DNA of 40,286 nucleotides from Choristocarpus tenellus KU-1152 (Eukaryota > Protista > Phaeophyceae). The notes under the pieces were generated by a model. It made no database searches. It had not been told where the DNA came from and saw only the letters and a list, made by a program, of their open reading frames with translations. Below, piece after piece: positions 33,210 to 40,286 of the stretch. The stretch spans positions 1 through 40,286 of the forward strand of contig CAXNAD020000031.1 in the NCBI GenBank assembly GCA_964200185.2. Direction: 5' to 3'. The first letter of the stretch is position 1, and each line of letters begins with the position of its first letter. The position numbers were made by a program, and so were the translations under genes.

Positions 33210-35583
33210 CTGTGCCGGGTATCATAGAACAAGGGTGCACACCCCACAACTCTGACACCACTGCCATTGGCTCTCTCTCCCTTGCCAAGGCCATACCAAT
33301 CACACCACACATTCTACACTCTCATGTCTCAGTAAGCTGACCACACTCCATGAGGAGTCTGTTTATGAAAAATGTACCATATATGCTGCATAATACAGAA
33401 CTGGATAGCAAGTAAAGATCAGCAGTGGACTATGTGTAAACCTAAGACCTGGTCAAAGAACTTCTTATTCCAGTTTCGCAACCTTGTTGCACCAATATCC
33501 CAAAGATTTAACAGTCAATTTATGAAGTACCATAGGTACACTGCTTATCTTCACAACCCACATCTTCTATGTTCAGATGCTCAGACATCTAACCCTATCC
33601 TTGAAAGGACTTCACCCTCTCTCACTCACAAAAAGAATGATTAAAACAAACTCTTTACTTGAAGCAATTTGCCTGCTGTCCACAACTTTCCCCCCTCTAA
33701 CTGTAAATAAGTATATCAAACGATTTAAGAGCCTTGAGACACAATCAATAACCCTACCTCACAGGCAATGCAGTGACACACAGTGGGCAACACACTCACT
33801 GCACTAACAAAAAAAATCAGAGCACCTATTCTGAAATAAACTTGGCAGGAGTACAGTTCACTAGCTATTTCCAAGATACACACATCACACTGCCAAAACA
33901 GATGTTTTTGTAATCAGCATAAATCTGAACTGTGCCACCCAGCCATGCCGCTAATCATCACTCTGGGTGTTGGACTAGATACAGTGCCCCAATTTCATGC
34001 ACTTTTTCATGAAAGCACTTGGCACCAAAAAACTACCCTGCTGCAAGATAGGAGAAGGGCCAACAATCTACATCAACCCAAAAATTGACCACCAGTTGTA
34101 TGTTGGTCCTGATCTTGCCCTGTTGAGCCCAGTGCACCATCCTCCCTTTGTCGTCGCCTCACATAACCTCTTGTCACCCCTGCAGACACAAAACACCCAT
34201 AACAAAAAGCATCAATTGTCTGTCAACTTTGAAAACTGGAATCAATTCTCACACACGGAGGGCCTCATTAGCAATACATAATATGTTGCCTAAAGATCGC
34301 AATTTCATTACCCAGATTTGTGTACGATCTAATCGCTATTGAACAAACTTGTTCAGAATGAAATTTGCATGACAGTAAGAGAGGACTGTTTTGATTTTTG
34401 AAATAATGCAATCAAGGAACGGGTTAGAAAATGAAGTATGCTCCTGCCACTGCATATGCACACAAAATACAAATTAAAAGCAATAGAAGGCCATTCTAAT
34501 CCTTGGTCTTTAGAATGTGATCTTGATAGAGGCCTCTTTGTACAATGGTTAGGGTTATCGAAAAAAGAAATATTTTTTTCATCACAAAGTCATAAATAAT
34601 ATTACTACCACTTCAAATCATTTTAATTGCATTCACTTCACGACCAACACACAGTGGAAATTTTTCATCTCACACTTTCATAGTGACCTCCAAAAAAAAT
34701 GGGATGAAGAATATCCAAAGCGATAATACTTGTCAACTATTAAGGGTTTTGCACCAATTTTTGCTCATGTTTTGAATGAAAAGGCTACAACCACTTACTT
34801 GACAGATCATGGTCATACCTTCCAAACCATTTCAACTGGTTTGTTGATTGATGTTACTCAACAAGTTCAAATCCAAGAAATATTAAAACCAGTGGGTATG
34901 GAATAATTCATCAAGCAAAATTGAAGTACAAAATGATTCAAAATTAAATACAATTTTGAACTCTCTACCTATCAAACGATTTTTGTATGTGAAAAATCGA
35001 CACCAAACCTCAATCACCAAACCTCTATCTATGCACATTGCTAATTCACAAAAAAAAGTGTCCCAAATACATTCATAATGGGCACACAAGGCCAACCATT
35101 ACTTCCCCTCAGCATGTAAGAATTGAATGACTCACCACGTGTTCCTTACCTACCTCTATTTTAAATATATATATGGAAATATACCCTATTCTGAGGGTTA
35201 CCAGTTCAATACAGGCGAAGGGTACTACATGATACTTTATTAATACTACAATACTACAATACTACTACACAGGTATTGTCCTCGACTCTTACTAATATTT
35301 GAAGTATCACAGAACACTGACTACTCACAATATAATTCCAAACATCAGAATCACAACTATGACTATGGAGTACTATCAATAGCAAAATCATTATTATCTA
35401 CCCTTTCCAGAGCCCAGAAAGTGCATCCAAACCTTTAAGGCTAAATGATACTCATGGTACCAATTGAGCGAGCTTCCTACAAAAGCACCACATGTCGACC
35501 ATACCCTATAGATGTTCTGCACACATTTGCTTCCTCTCCCCCTTTCATAAACTTTGAAAGTCTACTTTCACCGCAACACTACC

Positions 35584-35712
35584 AGATAACTAGATAACTA
35601 GATAACTAGATAACTAGATAACTAGATAACTAGATAACTAGATAACTAGATAACTAGATAACTAGATAACTAGATAACTAGATAACTAGATAACTAGATA
35701 ACTAGATAACTA
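35584..35712. repeat. 8-bp tandem repeat (AGATAACT)x16
   Basis: Perfect tandem array, followed by a 15-bp duplication at ~35715-35749. Confidence 0.97.
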
Positions 35713-35862
35713 CCTACACTATTGTATTATACACTATTGTATTATACACAGGAGGCAAGACATCAATTACCTTGATGCAACCTGGTGGTACTCCTCACGA
35801 CAACTATCCTGTTATACTAGAGGAACTCTCCTCGACTGTTCCCTTCCTATTTTGGGATTGAT

Positions 35863-36079
35863 CTGCACTAAACAATGTGAATTAGTTAATAATCTATATT
35901 AAAGAATGTATCAAAGTTGATAATCTACACTAAAGAATGTATATTAGTTAATAATCTATACTAAAGAATGTATCATAGATAATAATCTACACTAAACAAT
36001 ATATATTAGTTAATAGTCTACACTAAACAATATATATATTAGTTAATAGTCTACACTAAACAATATATATTAGTTAATA
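35863..36079. repeat. ~31-bp AT-rich minisatellite (CTACACTAAA(C/G)AAT(A/G)TATATTAGTTAATA(A/G)T), ~7 copies
   Basis: Degenerate head-to-tail copies with no spacers. Confidence 0.93.
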
Positions 36080-36535
36080 CACTCACTTGCATAATGCAAT
36101 AGTCACTGATCAATCATACAACCTGATCTGAGAATAACAAGAGGCTAAGTTAAATTAAGTTAATTTGATTCAACTCAACAACTATCGTATAAACACATCA
36201 ATTGAGCAACATATTAACTTTAATTTTAGTTTTTCAAGATATTCAACCGACACTGAGGAAATAAGATCAGAATCTGAATATAGCATTTAAAACTAATACA
36301 GTACAGTACAAGTAGGTTATGGTTCATTGTGAAATGAACTGTGAGAGGTGGACAAAAGGTAAATGCACTTGAAGCATGACACAGAAAGAATTGAAAACAA
36401 GGTTCTTACATAATCACCCTTTTGGTATGTAAAATGTACTTCACTAAACAAAAATTCGGTGATTAACCTTCACTATCACATTTGTAACTTAAATAACAAC
36501 TAACAAATTGTGACTCAAGGTTACAGACTTTTCAC

Positions 36536-39397
36536 CCATAATTTCAGAGATATTCCATTTGTGTAAATGCATGCTAACAAAGTCAACCGGGTTGTCCTCT
36601 GAAGTATAATAGTACACTTCACTCAAATCAATTCTGGGAAACTCATCACTGGTAGGAATATCTCAAGTAACAAAGGTTAGGATGTCCAATGAACACCATT
36701 TTGAGCACCAGTTGTATGTGACATTATAAGTACCAGAGTGTGACTGCAGGTAGTAGCACAAGTAGCACTAGTAGTGTTAGGTAGTGTTAGGTAGTGTTAG
36801 GTAGTGTTAGGTAGTGTTAGGGTATCAATGACGGTGAGAAAATGTTTATTTTTGTGAGTGTGGGAAGATAGTGTGTCCATTCTACAGCATGCTCTAGTGG
36901 TATGGAGGCTGTTATGACTGTGGTGTACACTTTAAAGAGGCAGTCCATGTGAAATAACTGCAGCCTGAGAGATGATGTCTAGTGGTATTTATTTGAGTGC
37001 CTCCCAAAAGGTGATGCTTGGGGAGGCTTGGACATTGATTTCCAATAATCACGTTTACTGTCCTTATGCTATATTTGATGCTATTTTTGAGGGTGATATA
37101 GGTGGCAATGCATACCAATCCAAAGAAAAAATTTCAAGGATGCCTTTTGGGTTGTGAGGGGTTGTCTCAGTCAGAACTGATGGAGGTCACATCTTGGAGT
37201 TGGCTTTCCAGGTTGTTTTGATTTTTGGAATTTGCATATTTTTGTCATGACATCATAGTTAGGGTTAGGGTTAGGGTTAGGGTGTCAAACATTATGTATG
37301 CCCAATGATTATCCATTCTATTGAGTGGAGGGTGTGATTTTGAATGTATTTTTGAATGTACTCTTAGTGGGAGTAAAAATGACATGGCCTACGGAAACTT
37401 GGGTATGGATTAGTAGGCATCCCATACCCCCATTTGGGGGTAACTTCAGTAGCAAGTGACCATAGAACAATTAAAAAAAGATATCTCTCACATCACAGCA
37501 CATCACATCATTCATAAAAAACAAACATCAGCACAATACTAATCATATTAAAAAATGTGAACAAGGTTAAGGATAAACATGTCAAGAGTCAACTGCAATA
37601 GGAACAAGTCATCATCAGAGCATCAAACGTCTCTCGCCCTCAGCAGATCAGAACAGCAAGTCACACTACCTCCATGGCACTCACCGTTGAGAGGTAAGGT
37701 GCTGCTGAGATCCAAGCAAGGAACCACCTCATTGTCAATAACATTGTCAACAACATTGCCAACAGCATTGTCCTTGGAATGACTGTTAATAGTATGTCCA
37801 CTCCCATTGATGTTTATGTGTTGGATCTCTCTTCCATATCCATTTGGTGCAAACCTCTTTGAATTCCTCTCTGCAAACAACCAAATAGGGTTAACTAAAT
37901 GGGTCAAGATGCTAGGGTTAGGGTTGACTATTAGTTTGGTATTGACACAACAATGGCAAGCAGTTACTACTACAGTAGAAATAAAAACAAAAATAGAAAT
38001 AGAAATAGTATTTTAATTAATTACATAGATTTTTAATTATAATTTCCTACATTATACAACCAAGTATATCTTGCAACCACAGGATTGAAACTCCTGAGCA
38101 AACCAATACTAAATACTAGAACGTTTTAGGCGCACCACCCAATATAATATGTTTTTAGACATTTGTTTACCTCATTACTTGGCCATTCTGAGTTATGCTT
38201 TTCATTCTGTCCAATGGTGATAATACCAACTGTCGTGATATCATATTTGTATTCTACACATTCTTAAAAAGAGTACCAATATGACAACATCAATGGAAGA
38301 ATACTAATATCTTGATTTATGATACCTGAGACAGACCATAGCAAATAGAAAATTTTCCCCCCCTTGTTATGGAATCAATACAAATACTACCACTACAAGT
38401 CAATACAAATACTAACCCTAACCCTAAGTCAAACAGGATGAGAAAGTTTAATGTTAAGAAATGTCATGCTCAGGGACCAACCAGTCTCTTCACAATATTA
38501 TTTTTCCTGTTATTTATATATTTACTTCACACATCACCATTGAACATAACCATTGAACAGATCACAAACAAAACTCCACTTATATCACCATTGAACAAAC
38601 AATTCTCAAGGCCTGCTGTTGTTTGCTAGCAGTGACTCCTTTCAAGAAAGAACATAAACCTAATCAGTAATCACTATCAATACAAATTCTACTTCAATTT
38701 TGACACCACAATAGTGGTCTCACTCTTCTTCATAGCAGAACAATTCAATTGGGGTCACAACTCCAACTAGCCAAGTTATTGTCTGGAGAGATTGTGGTTT
38801 AATGCAGTTTCAATACCTTGTTGATACACTACTACTGTTCATGTCTGATACCTTGTTGCATACTACTACTGTTCATGCCCTCTAATACCACCAAATAGCA
38901 TCACATGATGACATTAGTACAGCGATATTATTGAGAACAGCATTAATATAGTGAAAATTAATATAATGATAAATTAGTACAGTGATAATTAATGTATATA
39001 GTGAAAGTCACATCAAACCATGTATAGATACAACAGATACAATTTAGATGACTTGACCATATCCCATATCCCATATCCCATATCCCATGTCCCACATCCC
39101 ACTACAATAGCAACAGAGAGTTAGTTGAAAGGCCTCACTCAAGAACACACAAGAGTATGCTGTCAACTGGAGCTATAAATATAAATACTAGTATTGTGTC
39201 ATGACCTTCTATTGACCAAAAACTCGGTGTTTTCAATCACTATTATCACTATTTGAAATAGGTTTGTAACAGTCATATCAATCACTGTACTCACGTTGGC
39301 AAGACTTCATCATCACTTCTGCCTTGGGTATCTCAAAGTCTGCATCAGGTTTGCCTGCCAAATTCTTGAGCTGATAAAAGTAATCACGAGCTTGGTC
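36536..39397 (-). CDS. Partial spliced gene of unknown function; probable exons 39295-39397, 37685-37870, 36536-36661; 5' part not resolved
   Basis: 39397-39295: GGCAG|DQARDYFYQLKNLAGKPDADFEIPKAEVMMKSCQ|GTGAGT. 37870-37685: TTTGCAG|..|GTGAGT, phase 1/1 compatible. Third exon open with a CTAAC branch point. No family recognised. Confidence 0.5.
36771..36820. repeat. 10-bp tandem repeat (GTAGTGTTAG)x5
   Basis: Perfect copies. Confidence 0.95.
37258..37282. repeat. Interstitial telomere-type repeat (TTAGGG)x4
   Basis: GTTAGGGTTAGGGTTAGGGTTAGGG. Confidence 0.9.
39057..39101. repeat. 7-bp tandem repeat (CCATATC)n, ~6 copies
   Basis: Direct reading; last copies degenerate. Confidence 0.9.
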
Positions 39398-39574
39398 CTG
39401 CCATCACATTTGGTGCATAGTGTACAAGAATTTCATTAGGAACAGACATAACCCTCTCAAAAAAGCACCAAGGAGGCAGAAAATGCTCACTGACCCATGG
39501 AACAACAAACAAATCAATCAAATCAATCAAATGGATTACACATGTGAACAGGAACGAGGCATACTACCTAGAGC

Positions 39575-39960
39575 AGTACCAGTACCAGTAGGAGTACCAG
39601 TAGGAGTACCAGTAGGAGTAGTAGGAGTAGTAGGAGTAGTAGGAGTAGTAGGAGTAGTAGGAGTAGTAGGAGTAGTAGGAGTAGTAGTAGTAGTGTAGTA
39701 GGAGTAGGAGTAGGAGTAGGAGTAGTAGTAGGAGTAGTAGCAGTGTAGTAGTAGTAGTAATAGAAATAATATTATTTGAAATAGTATCAGGGTAAGTAAT
39801 AGTAATAATAATAATAATAATAATATCAGTATTAGTAATAGTAGTAGTAGTAGTAGTAGCAGTAGATTAGTATCATTAGTGGCATTAGTATATTTAGTAG
39901 TAGTAGCATCATTAGTGGCATTAGTATCATTAGTGGTATTAATAGTAGTAGTGGTGGTGC
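39575..39960. repeat. Compound microsatellite (GTACCA / GTAGGAGTA / GTA / AAT units)
   Basis: Low-complexity array; source of spurious poly-L/T/V/Y ORFs. Confidence 0.95.
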
Positions 39961-40117
39961 TAACAATTCTTTTTTTCATCAAAGAATAGGAATAATAATA
40001 TCCACAATTATAATCAATATGGATAGCTTGACTTTGGTATTTGGTGAAAAAGAGATTACAACTATTCAACATGAGAGAGTACCAACAGGTGTGGAGAATT
40101 ATTATTATTACGATGAT

Positions 40118-40286
40118 GGTGAATAGGGTGAACAGGGTGAACAGGGTGAACAGGGTGAATAGGGTGAACAGGGTGAACAGGGTGAACAGGGTGAACAGGG
40201 TGAATAGGGTGAATAGGGTGAACAGGGTGAATAGGGTGAACAGGGTGAATAGGGTGAATAGGGGGAACAGGGGGAACAGGGAGAGT
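40118..40286. repeat. 9-bp minisatellite (GGGTGAACA/GGGTGAATA)n
   Basis: ~18 copies with a C/T variant position, degenerating at the right edge. Confidence 0.96.

Noticed and set aside
1897-35862. Stop-codon reassignment or RNA editing suggested by stops in exon-like segments
   Set aside because: The 38-exon TMEM94 CDS reads through with the standard code and no internal stops; stops occur only in relics
35863-36079. 31-bp repeats as a CRISPR array
   Set aside because: Units are head-to-tail with no unique spacers, no cas genes are present, and the context is eukaryotic
36960-37130. Third mariner relic (AIFEGDIGGNAYQ resembles the GGN.Y C-terminal motif)
   Set aside because: Only one short motif, with no supporting DDD-region motifs recognisable
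39420-40072. ORFs of 92 and 178 aa with poly-V/L/T/PTT
   Set aside because: Translation artefacts of a compound microsatellite
1-40286. tRNA/rRNA genes, prokaryotic operons, or viral/defence systems
   Set aside because: No such signatures recognised; the longest ORFs are exons, TE relics or repeats

Overview
Eukaryotic, intron-rich, AT-rich (~40% GC) genomic DNA bounded at both ends by tandem repeats, so it may be a whole contig. The six-frame ORF track is mostly noise because the real gene is spliced. By hand I assembled a 38-coding-exon plus-strand gene (3009-30267; 5274 nt CDS, ~1757 aa, all intron phases consistent). It encodes a TMEM94/KIAA0195 (ERMA; degenerate P-type-ATPase-like ER membrane protein) homolog. 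Its introns carry two decayed plant-type mariner (DD39D-like) transposases and an intact Stowaway-like MITE with TA target-site duplications. Fragments of a second, unidentified minus-strand gene lie at ~32.6-39.4 kb. The window also has many minisatellites and scattered TTAGGG tracts, and strong CpG depletion except around the gene's 5' end. Gene architecture and TTAGGG repeats suggest a stramenopile alga (brown alga or close relative), which is inference only. I found no prokaryotic-style novel system. The most interesting items are the altered putative catalytic/Mg motifs of this TMEM94, the mariner-Stowaway pair outside land plants, and the methylation-like CpG footprint.
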